From an uncultured bacterium (GTDB lineage Bacteria; Patescibacteriota; Minisyncoccia; Phycocordibacterales; Phycocordibacteraceae), in NCBI GenBank assembly GCA_903825105.1, contig CAIJZI010000009.1, positions 216 through 64,215 on the forward strand: a DNA stretch of 64,000 nucleotides. Direction: 5' to 3'. The notes below the pieces were generated by a model, which had not been told where the DNA came from, searched no databases, and saw only the letters and a list, made by a program, of their open reading frames with translations. Positions 46,269 through 55,745 of this stretch are shown one piece after another. Positions within the stretch are counted from its first letter, which is position 1. Each line of letters opens with the position of its first letter. The translations under genes and the position numbers were made by a program.

Positions 46269-46619
46269 TTAAAATCTAAGCTGAATACTCGTGCCAGGTA
46301 TCGCGCTCGGCATCATCGGAGCTCCGTAGCCAGCGAGACCGAAGGTGTTCGCGACGACATTCACGAGCCCCCAAAGCGAGAGCATAATAGCGAAGCCAAC
46401 AATGCCCCAGAGCACGAGCTTATGGCCAGCTGCAACTGCTTTTTCATCGCCATTTGAATAAATGTATGCTTTATACACACCATAAATAAAAACGATAAAA
46501 GCGAGCGCGAAGATAACGGGAACTAAAATATAATTAATGACATATAAAATCTGATTGCCGAGATAACAGATATACCCGGTGCAGCCGTTCCCGATCGAGA
46601 CGCCAAAAGAAATGTTCAT
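46269..46619 (-). CDS. VirB2/TrbC-like small membrane protein (array member 3)
   Basis: ILVPVIFALAFIVFIYGVY...KLVLWGIVGF core. Confidence 0.5.
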   Translation of the reverse strand: MNISFGVSIGNGCTGYICYLGNQILYVINYILVPVIFALAFIVFIYGVYKAYIYSNGDEKAVAAGHKLVLWGIVGFAIMLSLWGLVNVVANTFGLAGYGAPMMPSAIPGTSIQLRF

Positions 46620-46638
46620 AAAATTAAGTATAGCCGAA

Positions 46639-46899
46639 TTAAGAGCCCGGGTTGATGCCGAGCGTGGATAACAAGAGATTCACGAAGCCCCAGACCGAGA
46701 AGAGTACGACCATGCCGAGAATGCCCCAGAAGGCGAAATCCTTCCCTTCTTTCATTTTTCCCTCATCGCCTTTATTGTTGAAGAAAAAATATTTTAAAAT
46801 CCCGTATAAGAACGAGAAGAATGCGAGTGTAGCGATAAAAGGTACGACAATCGTGTTCACGATCACGATGAGCTGATTAACGGTTTCAGCAAAGGTCAT
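46639..46899 (-). CDS. VirB2/TrbC-like small membrane protein (array member 2)
   Basis: Start at internal Met MTFAETV; core TIVVPFIATLAFF...KMKEGKDFAFWGILGM. Confidence 0.45.
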   Translation of the reverse strand: MTFAETVNQLIVIVNTIVVPFIATLAFFSFLYGILKYFFFNNKGDEGKMKEGKDFAFWGILGMVVLFSVWGFVNLLLSTLGINPGS

Positions 46900-46901
46900 A
46901 A

Positions 46902-47654
46902 TTATTGTTGTACCGTACTCGCGCCTGGGAAATAAGGGTTCGTGCCGCTTGGCACAGACGAGGTAGTGTCCCCGCCGGTCGAGAGCGAATTCACCGTCGC
47001 TTGGATCCCTATCGAGATCACCTGCGCGCCGAGGAGAATAAGCCCGCCGATGACGGTCCAGAGCAGAGCTTGACGAGCCTTTGTGATGTCTCCGGGAACA
47101 CCTTGTGCCTTCACGAACATCCACCCGACCCAGATCAACATAAAGACAACAACCATCGCGCCGATCTTCACGACGAATCCAAGAACTTCACTCACGAGTT
47201 TCGGGAGATCTGTTTTTGAACCAAGGGGATTGATGAGGGTGATTTTATCTCCAGACGGAACTGAAGCAGCATCAGTAGATTGATTGCCTTTAGTACCCAC
47301 AGCGTCGCTTGATTGATTGCCGCTCGTATTGGTAGCCCCAGATTTGACACAAACATTTTTGACGCAAGAAAGGCCGTTCGAGCAGGTGTCCTCGCACGCA
47401 TTTCCTTCATAAGCAGCTATACTACAAGCGCCTTTCACACACTGTGCACAACCAGAGATGCTTCCTTTGTTAGCAGAGGTGCACGCTATCCCGCAAGAAG
47501 AATTGTTTACACAAGTAAGGTCGTGGCCATTATACTGACCGGTACAAGGTTTACTCGCCGAACAGGCATCGCCTGGTTTTGAATCCGCAAATGCTATTGG
47601 CAGAAAAGAAAAGAATCCGACGATGATTACTAATGCGATAAAATATTTTTTCAT
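46902..47654 (-). CDS. Secreted Cys-rich protein with a C-terminal VirB2/TrbC-like TM module (array member 1)
   Basis: Signal peptide, ~20-Cys domain, Ser/Thr linker, then VVVFMLIWVGW...DITKARQALLWTVIGG and a Ser/Thr tail. Confidence 0.5.
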   Translation of the reverse strand: MKKYFIALVIIVGFFSFLPIAFADSKPGDACSASKPCTGQYNGHDLTCVNNSSCGIACTSANKGSISGCAQCVKGACSIAAYEGNACEDTCSNGLSCVKNVCVKSGATNTSGNQSSDAVGTKGNQSTDAASVPSGDKITLINPLGSKTDLPKLVSEVLGFVVKIGAMVVVFMLIWVGWMFVKAQGVPGDITKARQALLWTVIGGLILLGAQVISIGIQATVNSLSTGGDTTSSVPSGTNPYFPGASTVQQ

Positions 47655-48949
47655 TGTAAGAGGGCGCGAAGGGCGCTTTCGGCGCTCGAGAGCGCCATGG
47701 TTACCGAATATTTCCCGCTCACCACGCTGTTAATCATACTCGAGAAAACAGAATCAACATTTGTTCCTGATGGAGACAGCCAACCTTTGGTGTAGAGGGC
47801 TTCTGAATATGCCACTGCCAAGATAGGGTCAGAGGGCGTCTTCGCGAGCTGGCCTAGATTCGCGGGAGCGAGACCGGTCAGAGACGCTGAAGGGCCCTGC
47901 GCGTCGCTACTCGCGAAGAGCGTCGCGACTTGATATGCCCCAGAAGGGTTCTTCGCGCCGCGCGAAATCATAAATGAATAAAGTAGCCCATACGCGTTTT
48001 TAGTAGACCCCGTGAGCGGCTGCGGGAGTGGCGAGACCGCGAAGTCGAGATTTGGATTCGCTTTTTTAAAGTACACAGCTTCTGAAGCATATCCGATATA
48101 AAGCGCAAGATCGCCCGACAAAAACGATTGTTGCGAATCGGGGAGTGATGTATTCCAGGTGTAAGAAACCTTCGACGGGTCAGCGAATTGTGTGTAGAAA
48201 TTAAGCACTGCCTGCCCCGGCGGAGTTCCGCTCGAAGAATTCATACCGAGATCTGCGGTCATCAGTCCATTTGAAGCGTACGAAGAAATCGGCACGCCCG
48301 TTTGTAGAAATAACGACGAGACAATCGCGCGCGCGTTGCGCACATTGTCGTAGGCTCCAAGAGCGATAAGTCCGCGCGAGATCTGGCGAGAAGAAGTGAG
48401 AAGAGCGACATTCGGTACGAGGCCGGTTAGCGCTTCCCAAGAAGCGGGTGGTCGCGCGATACCATCTGATGAGAGGATTGCGCGATTCGAGAAGAGAACG
48501 AGTGGGTCAACGAGAAATGGCACACCATAATAACCGTCAGAAGCGGCAAGAAGACTTCCCTCATTCACAAAAGCGCTCGAGAAGGTTGACGCAGGGAGCG
48601 TCGCAGACGGTATTGGGGTAATAAACTTCGCGAGAGAAAATAAGTTTTCCTGCGAATCGAGAATGAGGTCTGGCGAATTCCCGGTCGCTATTGCTGATGC
48701 GAGCTCTGCGGGGAGTGTCGCTGGGTCTTTTTGTACATACGAAACATTCTTCAATTCTTTATTTGACTGCGTGGTAGTGGCGAGAACGGCGTCCATACTA
48801 CTACTCGGCAAGGTTCCCCAGATAACCACCGTCCCTATCGCATTACTGCTCGTACTTTTCCCCGAATAAGTAGCGAATACGAAGAGACCGATAAGTGCAC
48901 AGAGTCCGAACACACCGAGTAAAATACCTTGGAAGAGGGAAATTTTCAT
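47651..48949 (-). CDS. Extracellular solute-binding protein, family 1 (ABC-type sugar SBP-like)
   Basis: Signal anchor; VVIWGT and YYGVPF motifs resemble MalE-type SBPs; 4-nt overlap with the first array gene. Confidence 0.55.
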   Translation of the reverse strand: MKISLFQGILLGVFGLCALIGLFVFATYSGKSTSSNAIGTVVIWGTLPSSSMDAVLATTTQSNKELKNVSYVQKDPATLPAELASAIATGNSPDLILDSQENLFSLAKFITPIPSATLPASTFSSAFVNEGSLLAASDGYYGVPFLVDPLVLFSNRAILSSDGIARPPASWEALTGLVPNVALLTSSRQISRGLIALGAYDNVRNARAIVSSLFLQTGVPISSYASNGLMTADLGMNSSSGTPPGQAVLNFYTQFADPSKVSYTWNTSLPDSQQSFLSGDLALYIGYASEAVYFKKANPNLDFAVSPLPQPLTGSTKNAYGLLYSFMISRGAKNPSGAYQVATLFASSDAQGPSASLTGLAPANLGQLAKTPSDPILAVAYSEALYTKGWLSPSGTNVDSVFSSMINSVVSGKYSVTMALSSAESALRALLQ

Positions 48950-48953
48950 AAAA

Positions 48954-49490
48954 TCATGGTGCGTTAAATAATATACCGTAATGATGCGGGCCCGCGCGGA
49001 ATGACTTCACCTTATGAAATCCTCCATTTATAAAGAGCGCTTCTGCTTCGTGCTCGGTCACAACCTTTTTAGCATCAGGGCCCATACCGCTATAGCTCCC
49101 CGCCCAATCGATCATTATGAATTTTCCTTCGGGCTTTAACACGCGGCGAATCTCTGCGAGAAGTCCATAGCGATTCTCGATTTGGAAAAGAGTGTTGGAC
49201 AAGATAACTGCGTCGAGTGAGGCGTCGCGCAGGTGTGTCCCGCCAAGTTTCTCGATGTCACCCCAAACCGTGTCGATGGTGCTCTGATGCTTCGCGTGTG
49301 TATTTAATTTTAAATGTTTCAAGACATCTTCTTGAATATCGATCGCGTAGACCTTCCCCGTGTCGCCGACAATCGCTGCAGCCGCGCGCGCGTAGTGGCC
49401 ACTCCCGGTGCCGAAGTCGCCGACCTTCATCCCCTCGCGTAATCCTAAATGCAAGATGTTTTCTCGCGGCTCGCTAAATGTTCCTGCCAT
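48954..49490 (-). CDS. Class I SAM-dependent methyltransferase
   Basis: Motif I VGDFGTGSGHY and motif post-I AIDI; start chosen at the Met just after an upstream terminator. Confidence 0.7.
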   Translation of the reverse strand: MAGTFSEPRENILHLGLREGMKVGDFGTGSGHYARAAAAIVGDTGKVYAIDIQEDVLKHLKLNTHAKHQSTIDTVWGDIEKLGGTHLRDASLDAVILSNTLFQIENRYGLLAEIRRVLKPEGKFIMIDWAGSYSGMGPDAKKVVTEHEAEALFINGGFHKVKSFRAGPHHYGILFNAP

Positions 49491-49690
49491 ATATATAAAA
49501 ATAGCACGCCAAGAAGGCGTGCGGTGTGCAATCAACAGAAATTAGAGCCGTAGGGAGAGAATGATGGAATGACCAGCAATCTCTCCCTTTTTGCAGTCCT
49601 CGGCGCCAGGACTTACATACGGCACCCGCTTTCGGAAAATTGAGCAATTAGTGCCCAAGCGGTGATGCCCGATATGGGCTGGTACCCATG
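49491..49690 (-). promoter_or_regulatory. Structured ~200-nt 5' leader ending in an intrinsic terminator abutting the MTase start codon (riboswitch/attenuator-like)
   Basis: Putative promoter TTGCAT-16-TATTCT (49724-49697), several hairpins, terminator gcacgcc-ttctt-ggcgtgc plus U-run at 49493-49522. Confidence 0.35.
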
Positions 49691-49809
49691 ATGGGCAGAA
49701 TATCACACAACAAAAAATATGCAACCTTTAAACGAGGTTATAGTAAAAAGGTTTAACCTTACTTTTACTGAGGTTCAACCTTGTTAAAATTCCTTGTTAA
49801 CATGACTAA

Positions 49810-49918
49810 AAATAAAAACCGCGAGGGGTTGATTCCTCGCGGTGGCTCGTATTTCTCCACATGTCCCGTTCCCTCGCCTTTATCGCGTGAGAAAAGCAGA
49901 AGTCAGCCACTCTCCTGC
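49810..49918 (-). ncRNA. Candidate ~110-nt small RNA downstream of gyrA
   Basis: Own promoter TTGTACA-17-TATTATAAT (49957-49925); ends ccgcgagg-aatcaacc-cctcgcgg plus U11; no ORF. Confidence 0.45.
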
Positions 49919-49988
49919 TCGTTCATTATAATAACCACAGATCTGCCTAATGTACAAGATTAAACCTTTTTTAACAGCGGCGGGAAAT

Positions 49989-50040
49989 AAAAAATCGCGA
50001 GGAGAGAAGCGGGCCTCGGGGAGGGGCGGGGGCTTCTCTC
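49989..50040 (-). terminator. Rho-independent terminator of gyrA
   Basis: gagagaagc...gcttctctc stem with a GC-rich inner hairpin, followed by UUUUUU. Confidence 0.65.
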
Positions 50041-50161
50041 GCACGCGATCGGGGTCGGCTGTCGTCAATAGAGGGAGAACAGGCAAATGTTTCCTCGGTG
50101 ACGGATATCCAAACCCGTCTGAGTATCATAGCACAACCCCCTAAAAAATGCAAGCCCTAAA

Positions 50162-52630
50162 TTACAAAGCCACCATTGAGGCAATAGAGTCGCCCGGGTA
50201 GAGACGCATCACGCGGACGCCCTGCGTCGCGCGCGAGAGCGAAGGAATTTCTGCCACGCCAGTGCGAATCACCTGCCCTTTTTTAGAAATGACGACGAGC
50301 TCTTCTTCTTCGAGATTGCCCGCAACAATCTTCGCACCGATAATCTCACCCGTCTTCGGCGTCACTGCCGCTGTTTTAATCCCCGAGCCGCCGCGACCCT
50401 GCACTTTGTATTCAGAAATTTTTGTTCTCTTGCCGTATCCCTTACTCATCACGACAAGAAGCGACGCGTCTTTAGCGGCGGCAGAGATCACTTCTGCCGA
50501 GACAACCTTGTCGCCTTTTTTCACGCTCATACCGCGCACGCCGCCAGCGGTGCGACCCATCTCGCGTACATCCTCGGCGTCAAATCGAATCGACTGCCCT
50601 TTTGAAGTGACAATCGAGACGGTGTCGCCTTCTCCGGCGTGATTGGCAGAAACGAGTCGGTCTCCTGATTTCAAATTAATCGCGATGATGCCCGAGCGGC
50701 GCACATCGGAGAATGACTTCGCCGCAACACGCTTCACTACACCCTCTTCAGTAACAAATACGATTGACGAAGCGTCGAGGGCAGCACCCTTCGGCACCGG
50801 CAATATCGAAGTCACCTTTTCATCACCCGCGAGCGCGAGGAAGTTCATAATGCTCTTCCCCTTCGTCGCGCGCTTGCCTTCTGGGATTTCATACATCTTC
50901 AGTTGATATGCTTTGCCGAAGTCGGTGAAGAAGAGGAGGTCACTGTGTGCATTCGTCACGAGGAAATTTGTCACAATGTCTTCTTCTTTTGTCGCGATAT
51001 CAACAACGCCGACGCCGCCGCGCTTCTGCTTTTTATATTCAGTCGGATTTGTTCTCTTCACATACCCGCCTTGGGTCAAAACGAGCATCGACTCTTCGTC
51101 CGGTACCATATCTTCAACAGAAATATTCTGCACGCCGCCTCTCACGATACGCGTGCGACGATCATCGCCATACTTCTCTGCCAATTCTTCTAATTCCCTT
51201 TTCACAACAGCGAGAATCTTCTTCGGCGAGGAGAGAATATCTTTCAACTTCGCGATAATAGCCTGCACTTCAGCGAGTTCATCCTCAAGTTTCTTTCTTT
51301 CAAGCCCCGCGAGTTTCGAGAGGCGCATCTCGAGAATCGCCGTCGCTTGGAGAATTGAAAAGCCAAATTTCTTTTGAAGCGCAAGTGATGCAGAAGGAAT
51401 ATCCACCGCCTTTTTAATAATCGCGATAACTTCGTCGATGTGATCAAGCGCTTTACAGAGCCCGAAGAGAATGTGCTCACGCGCTTCTGCTTGGCGGAGA
51501 TCAAACTCCGTTCGACGCTTCACCACCTCCTGACGATGCGAAACAAAGTGCCCGAGCATCCCGACAAGCGAGAGCATTTCTGGCACACCATCGACGAGGG
51601 CGAGCATATTGTAGTGGAAGGTGCTCTCGAGCTCGGTGTGTTTATAGAGTGCATTCAAAACAGCCTGAGGATGTGCCGAACCTTTAAGCTCAACCACGAC
51701 ACGGATATCGGTCGTCGACTCATCGCGCAAGTCGCGAATGCCTTCGAGCTTTTTTTCTTGTACTAAATCGGCAATGCGAGAAATAAGTTCGCTCTTATTC
51801 ACACGATACGGAATCGAGGTGATAATAATGCTCGAATCTTTTTTCCCATCATCAACAATCTCGGCTTCGCCGCGCACCACGACCGGCCCTTTGCCCGAGC
51901 TGTACGCGTGTTTAATATCTGCCTGATTAAAGGCGACACCACCAAGTGGGAAATCTGGGCCTTTCACAAATTGGAGAAGGTCGTCGGTCGTCGCGTCAGG
52001 ATTTTCGATAAGATGCACAGCGGCGGTAACCACTTCGCGCAAGTTGTGTGGCGGGATATTCGTCGCCATACCGACCGCGATGCCGAGCGTTCCGTTTAAA
52101 AGAAGGTTCGGGAGAGCTGACGGAAGAACATGTGGCTCTTCGCGCGTCGCGTCATAGTTCGGATTCCATTTCACCGTCTCTTTTTCAAGATCATTTAACA
52201 GTGATTCGCCGATACGCGACATCTTCGCTTCGGTATAACGCATCGCGGCTGGAGAATCGCCGTCGATCGAACCGAAGTTACCTTGACCGATTACGAGCGG
52301 ATAGCGATAGGAGAACTCCTGCGCCATCTTCGCCATCGAGTCGTACACCGCGGTATCGCCGTGCGGATGATATTTACCGAGCACTTCGCCGACGACCGTT
52401 GCCGACTTTCGGAACTTCCCTCCCGGCACAAGCCCCATATCCTTCATCGCGTAGAGAATTCTGCGATGTACCGGCTTCAACCCGTCGCGCACATCAGGCA
52501 AAGCGCGTGCAGTAATAACGGTCATCGCGTAGTCGATATACGACTTCCGCATCTCAGCGACAATCGGCTGATTAATCACATTCGCCGCTATCGCAGTCAC
52601 TACTTCAGGATTTTTATCTTTCGAAGCCAT
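50162..52630 (-). CDS. gyrA: DNA gyrase subunit A
   Basis: Active-site region AMRYTEAKM (Tyr) and QRDR-like [13 protein letters not shown]; 822 aa with C-terminal beta-pinwheel repeats. Confidence 0.95.
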   Translation of the reverse strand: MASKDKNPEVVTAIAANVINQPIVAEMRKSYIDYAMTVITARALPDVRDGLKPVHRRILYAMKDMGLVPGGKFRKSATVVGEVLGKYHPHGDTAVYDSMAKMAQEFSYRYPLVIGQGNFGSIDGDSPAAMRYTEAKMSRIGESLLNDLEKETVKWNPNYDATREEPHVLPSALPNLLLNGTLGIAVGMATNIPPHNLREVVTAAVHLIENPDATTDDLLQFVKGPDFPLGGVAFNQADIKHAYSSGKGPVVVRGEAEIVDDGKKDSSIIITSIPYRVNKSELISRIADLVQEKKLEGIRDLRDESTTDIRVVVELKGSAHPQAVLNALYKHTELESTFHYNMLALVDGVPEMLSLVGMLGHFVSHRQEVVKRRTEFDLRQAEAREHILFGLCKALDHIDEVIAIIKKAVDIPSASLALQKKFGFSILQATAILEMRLSKLAGLERKKLEDELAEVQAIIAKLKDILSSPKKILAVVKRELEELAEKYGDDRRTRIVRGGVQNISVEDMVPDEESMLVLTQGGYVKRTNPTEYKKQKRGGVGVVDIATKEEDIVTNFLVTNAHSDLLFFTDFGKAYQLKMYEIPEGKRATKGKSIMNFLALAGDEKVTSILPVPKGAALDASSIVFVTEEGVVKRVAAKSFSDVRRSGIIAINLKSGDRLVSANHAGEGDTVSIVTSKGQSIRFDAEDVREMGRTAGGVRGMSVKKGDKVVSAEVISAAAKDASLLVVMSKGYGKRTKISEYKVQGRGGSGIKTAAVTPKTGEIIGAKIVAGNLEEEELVVISKKGQVIRTGVAEIPSLSRATQGVRVMRLYPGDSIASMVAL

Positions 52631-52645
52631 ATCAAATTATCAAAA

Positions 52646-52990
52646 CTAAAACGGAATGACGGTTGGCTCCGCCTTTTTCTTTGTGCTTGTTGCTGGCGAT
52701 GAGTCGATTATCTCGATATGTGCAGGAGCATTTTTATCTGATTCAAGCGCCGCTCCTGCTCCAGCAATACCGGTATTTGATGCTCCACCCGTCACAACTG
52801 AAGACTCTGCTCCGGTACTCTCAGCAAAGTTACTCCCCTGAATAGCGAAAGTCCCCGATGAAAGTGTCCCCGCAAACCAAATTAGAGCAACAACAGCGGT
52901 GAGACATCCGGCAGTCGCGAAGACAATTTTTTTACGGATATGATGCGGCTTTCCTTTTATATATTCGATATGATCAAAAATAGTTTTCAT
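52646..52990 (-). CDS. Membrane-anchored hypothetical protein (Gly/Ala/Ser-rich)
   Basis: N-terminal TM helix then a low-complexity tail. Confidence 0.35.
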   Translation of the reverse strand: MKTIFDHIEYIKGKPHHIRKKIVFATAGCLTAVVALIWFAGTLSSGTFAIQGSNFAESTGAESSVVTGGASNTGIAGAGAALESDKNAPAHIEIIDSSPATSTKKKAEPTVIPF

Positions 52991-52991
52991 A

Positions 52992-53627
52992 TTATTTACC
53001 AGCGGGCGTTATCACTAGTATACTCCCGTCGCGACCAATAAGATCCTTTTTCTTCAGAGTAAGTTTATCAACACTCTCGCTCCCATTGCCCGATTCTTTT
53101 AAGAAAAGCCCGAGCGACTTGTCGTCATAATGCATCGGGACAATAATCTTCGGCTCGAGCGAGACCGCGAGCTCGTGCGCTTTAGCTGGAGAGAGAACAC
53201 CGTCGCCACCAATCGGCACAAAGAGCACATCGATCTCTCCGATATTTTCTCTCGCGTCTTTTGAAAGTTCGGTATCAGAAAGTGCACCGAGATGCACAAG
53301 AATCATATCTTCTAATTGAACGGAGTAGATAGTATTAACTGCTTCTTCTTCACCTTTAACACCGTATTTACTCTTCGACAAAAATCCTTGAATCACGACG
53401 CCTTGTCGCTCGTATTCTCCCGGGCCCGTTATCGCGAATGGCTCCTTATCGCCATAAGTCACTTCTTCGACGCCGTTCATATCAGCGTGATCGCGCGAGA
53501 CGAGCGCGACATCAGCGCCGAAGCGTACAGCCGGTAGTGACGAGCCTTTTGAAATAGGGTCGAAGACGAGCGTGAGGTCGCCGAAAGTGACTTTAAAACA
53601 TTGCCCGCCGTGGTGAGTGATAACCAT
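52992..53627 (-). CDS. MBL-fold metallo-hydrolase (UPF0173-like)
   Basis: ITHHGGQCF...HADMNG...GDG pattern of the metallo-beta-lactamase fold. Confidence 0.7.
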   Translation of the reverse strand: MVITHHGGQCFKVTFGDLTLVFDPISKGSSLPAVRFGADVALVSRDHADMNGVEEVTYGDKEPFAITGPGEYERQGVVIQGFLSKSKYGVKGEEEAVNTIYSVQLEDMILVHLGALSDTELSKDARENIGEIDVLFVPIGGDGVLSPAKAHELAVSLEPKIIVPMHYDDKSLGLFLKESGNGSESVDKLTLKKKDLIGRDGSILVITPAGK

Positions 53628-53685
53628 ATTAAGTACTTATATTCTATCATAAAATCTGTCGCGGCGATAGCTGTTTATGAGCCAC

Positions 53686-53905
53686 TTGACAATAAAATAG
53701 GGCTGTGATAACTTACCAATAAGCCTGTTGTTTGGGCAAATTCAAACCGTCAGGAGAACATTTGAAAAAAATGAAATTTTCGGATAATTTGAACTAACCC
53801 GGCGGCGGCCAGCTCGAGGTGTTGCGACATTTCGAGCCCTGGTGCAAAGAAGCCGTTCGTCACCCATCAGCGGGTACGAGCGGCTTTTTCTTTTTCGCCC
53901 ATTTC
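53686..53905 (+). ncRNA. Noncoding module 1: promoter (TTGACA...TGTGATAAC), ~190-nt RNA, bipartite intrinsic terminator
   Basis: Only an 8-codon ORF (MKFSDNLN); terminator gccgttcg-tcACCCATCAGCGGGTAc-gagcggc plus T-run. Confidence 0.45.
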
Positions 53906-53978
53906 ATTTCGTGCCTTGATTTTATGGCTTATTTGCTTGATTTTTTGTACTTCACCACGCGCCATTTTGTAAAAGTGC

Positions 53979-54445
53979 TTGACAAATAAAATCGAGTGTG
54001 ATAGGTTTAAGTCAGATCAGCCTGTACATTTCCAACAAAGGTTGGCCCACCCTCGGCAACTTCGCCGGCGGCTAGCCCTTCGGCCTGGGCGTTGCGCGTC
54101 GGGCCCGGCGCGAGCGGCTGACCACTTTTTTGGTTAGCATCGCTCGCCGCCAATGGCCACGCGCACGAAGGGCGATTGCATCAAGTGATGCAGTCGCCCT
54201 GTATGGGGGACGGCAGCGAGCAACTCCGTGAGTTGCCGTCGCGCGGGACCTTCCCACCGTTCCCCAGTCAACGGGCGGGCGCGCTCTAGGCGCGCCCGGC
54301 CCAATCGGCCCACCTCCGAGTCAGGCGACTCGGCGCACCTCCTCAGTGGCATGGTGCCACAGGAGCTCTTAGATCTTTTTCAAAAAAAGGCCGCTTGCCT
54401 TCTCTACCCGTCAGCGGGTACTGAGGACAAGCGGCTTTTCTATTT
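53979..54445 (+). ncRNA. Noncoding module 2: paralogous promoter, ~125-nt module-1-like segment, ~300-nt GC-rich (~70% GC) structured core, homologous terminator
   Basis: Promoter identical over TTGACA.aTAAAAT.G.G.TGTGATA; shares CCGGCGGC..AGC and GTTGCG..CGAGCGGCT..TTTTT with module 1; terminator loop ACCCGTCAGCGGGTAC; no credible ORF. Confidence 0.45.
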
Positions 54446-54570
54446 CCCTTCTCATTTTTTATACCCTGTGATAGAATGCCCGAGTTGCGTGAGGAGAAGT
54501 ATAGATCAGCTAACCCTCGATGCCGAAAGGCATGAGTACTGATTTTGAAAATCTGCACGACTTTTAAAGT

Positions 54571-55641
54571 ATGAATGAAGAGAACCCGATGTTTTCTCTG
54601 CTTGAAACAATCCCGACACCGCCCGGAGCTGGCGACATTGTTGAAGGGACGATTATCGCCATCGAGAGAGGGCGTGTTTATATTGACCTCCCGCCATTTG
54701 GTACAGGGATTATTTATGGTCGCGAATACCTCAACGCCGCTGATGTATTGCGCAAGGCGAATAAAGGCGACATTATAAGTGCGAAGGTTGTCGACCCAGC
54801 TGGTCGCGATGGCTATATCGAACTCTCGCTTAAAGAAGCTCGACAAGCAGCGATCTGGGGCGAAGCCGAAGCGGCCATTCTCTCGGGAACGCCGTATTCA
54901 CTCAATGTTGAAGATGCGAACAAAGGCGGACTCATCCTCTCGTGGCAGGGTATCCCTGGCTTCTTGCCAGCGTCACAACTCTCGAAGGAGCATTATCCGC
55001 GCGTACCAGAGGGAGACAAAGATCGCATTCTTGGAGAACTGATGGCATTTGTCGGACACCCGATTTCTGTCCGCATCATTACTGCTGATGCAAAGGAAGG
55101 AAAATTAATTTTCTCTGAACGAACCGGCAATGAGGCTGAAGAGAAGGCGTCGCTTATCGATAAGTATCAGGTGGGTGATGTCGCAGAAGGCGAAGTGACG
55201 GGCATCGTCGACTTCGGTGTCTTCGTGAAGATTGAACAAGGGCTCGAAGGATTGGTGCATATCAGCGAGCTCGATTGGGGCCTCGTCGAAGATCCTCACA
55301 CACTCTTTAATGTTGGTGACCGTGTGAAAGTAAAGATTATCGAGATCAAAGATGGGAAGGTCTCCCTCTCGATTAAAGCGTTGAAAGAAAATCCTTGGCA
55401 CTCTGCCTCTGCGCGCTACACCAAGGGAATGGAAGTGCCGGGCGTTGTGATCAAATATAACAAGCACGGTGCGCTCGCTTCGATCGAAGAAGGCGTCGCG
55501 GGGCTTGTGCATGTGAGCGACTTCGCTTCGCCTCTCGAACTACGCGAGAAGCTCGAACTTGGGAAGACCTATCCGTTTACCATTTCTCTCTTTGAACCAA
55601 AGGACCAGCGAATGACGCTCGTCTTGGTTGGGAAGAAATAA
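54571..55641 (+). CDS. rpsA: 30S ribosomal protein S1 (short, four S1 domains)
   Basis: Repeated S1 OB-fold modules (GDIVEGTI..., VGDVAEGEVTGIVDFGVFVK..., GMEVPGVVIKYN...). Confidence 0.9.
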   Translation: MNEENPMFSLLETIPTPPGAGDIVEGTIIAIERGRVYIDLPPFGTGIIYGREYLNAADVLRKANKGDIISAKVVDPAGRDGYIELSLKEARQAAIWGEAEAAILSGTPYSLNVEDANKGGLILSWQGIPGFLPASQLSKEHYPRVPEGDKDRILGELMAFVGHPISVRIITADAKEGKLIFSERTGNEAEEKASLIDKYQVGDVAEGEVTGIVDFGVFVKIEQGLEGLVHISELDWGLVEDPHTLFNVGDRVKVKIIEIKDGKVSLSIKALKENPWHSASARYTKGMEVPGVVIKYNKHGALASIEEGVAGLVHVSDFASPLELREKLELGKTYPFTISLFEPKDQRMTLVLVGKK

Positions 55642-55670
55642 TCGGTAGAAATTCAAAAAACAAAACACCA

Positions 55671-55710
55671 AAAACACGCGGCGCCAAGGGCGCCGCGTGT
55701 TTTGTTTTTT
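55671..55710. terminator. Bidirectional Rho-independent terminator between rpsA and pth
   Basis: aaaacacgcggcgcc-aag-ggcgccgcgtgtttt flanked by A- and T-runs. Confidence 0.8.
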
Positions 55711-55745
55711 AGAATTCACCAATCCCCGGTTTCCATAAAAATAAA

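Noticed and set aside
53979-54445. RNase P RNA or tmRNA identity for the GC-rich module
   Set aside because: The universal P4 strands (GGAAAGUCC / ACAGAA.CCGGCUUA) are absent and there is no tRNA-like T-arm/acceptor at the 3' end; it is left as an unknown structured RNA.
54072-54542. ORFs 54072-54257(-), 54134-54352(-) and 54228-54542(+) as protein-coding genes
   Set aside because: They are Arg/Pro-rich low-complexity translations of a ~70% GC region, with no RBS, overlapping each other on both strands; read as artefacts of GC-rich noncoding sequence.
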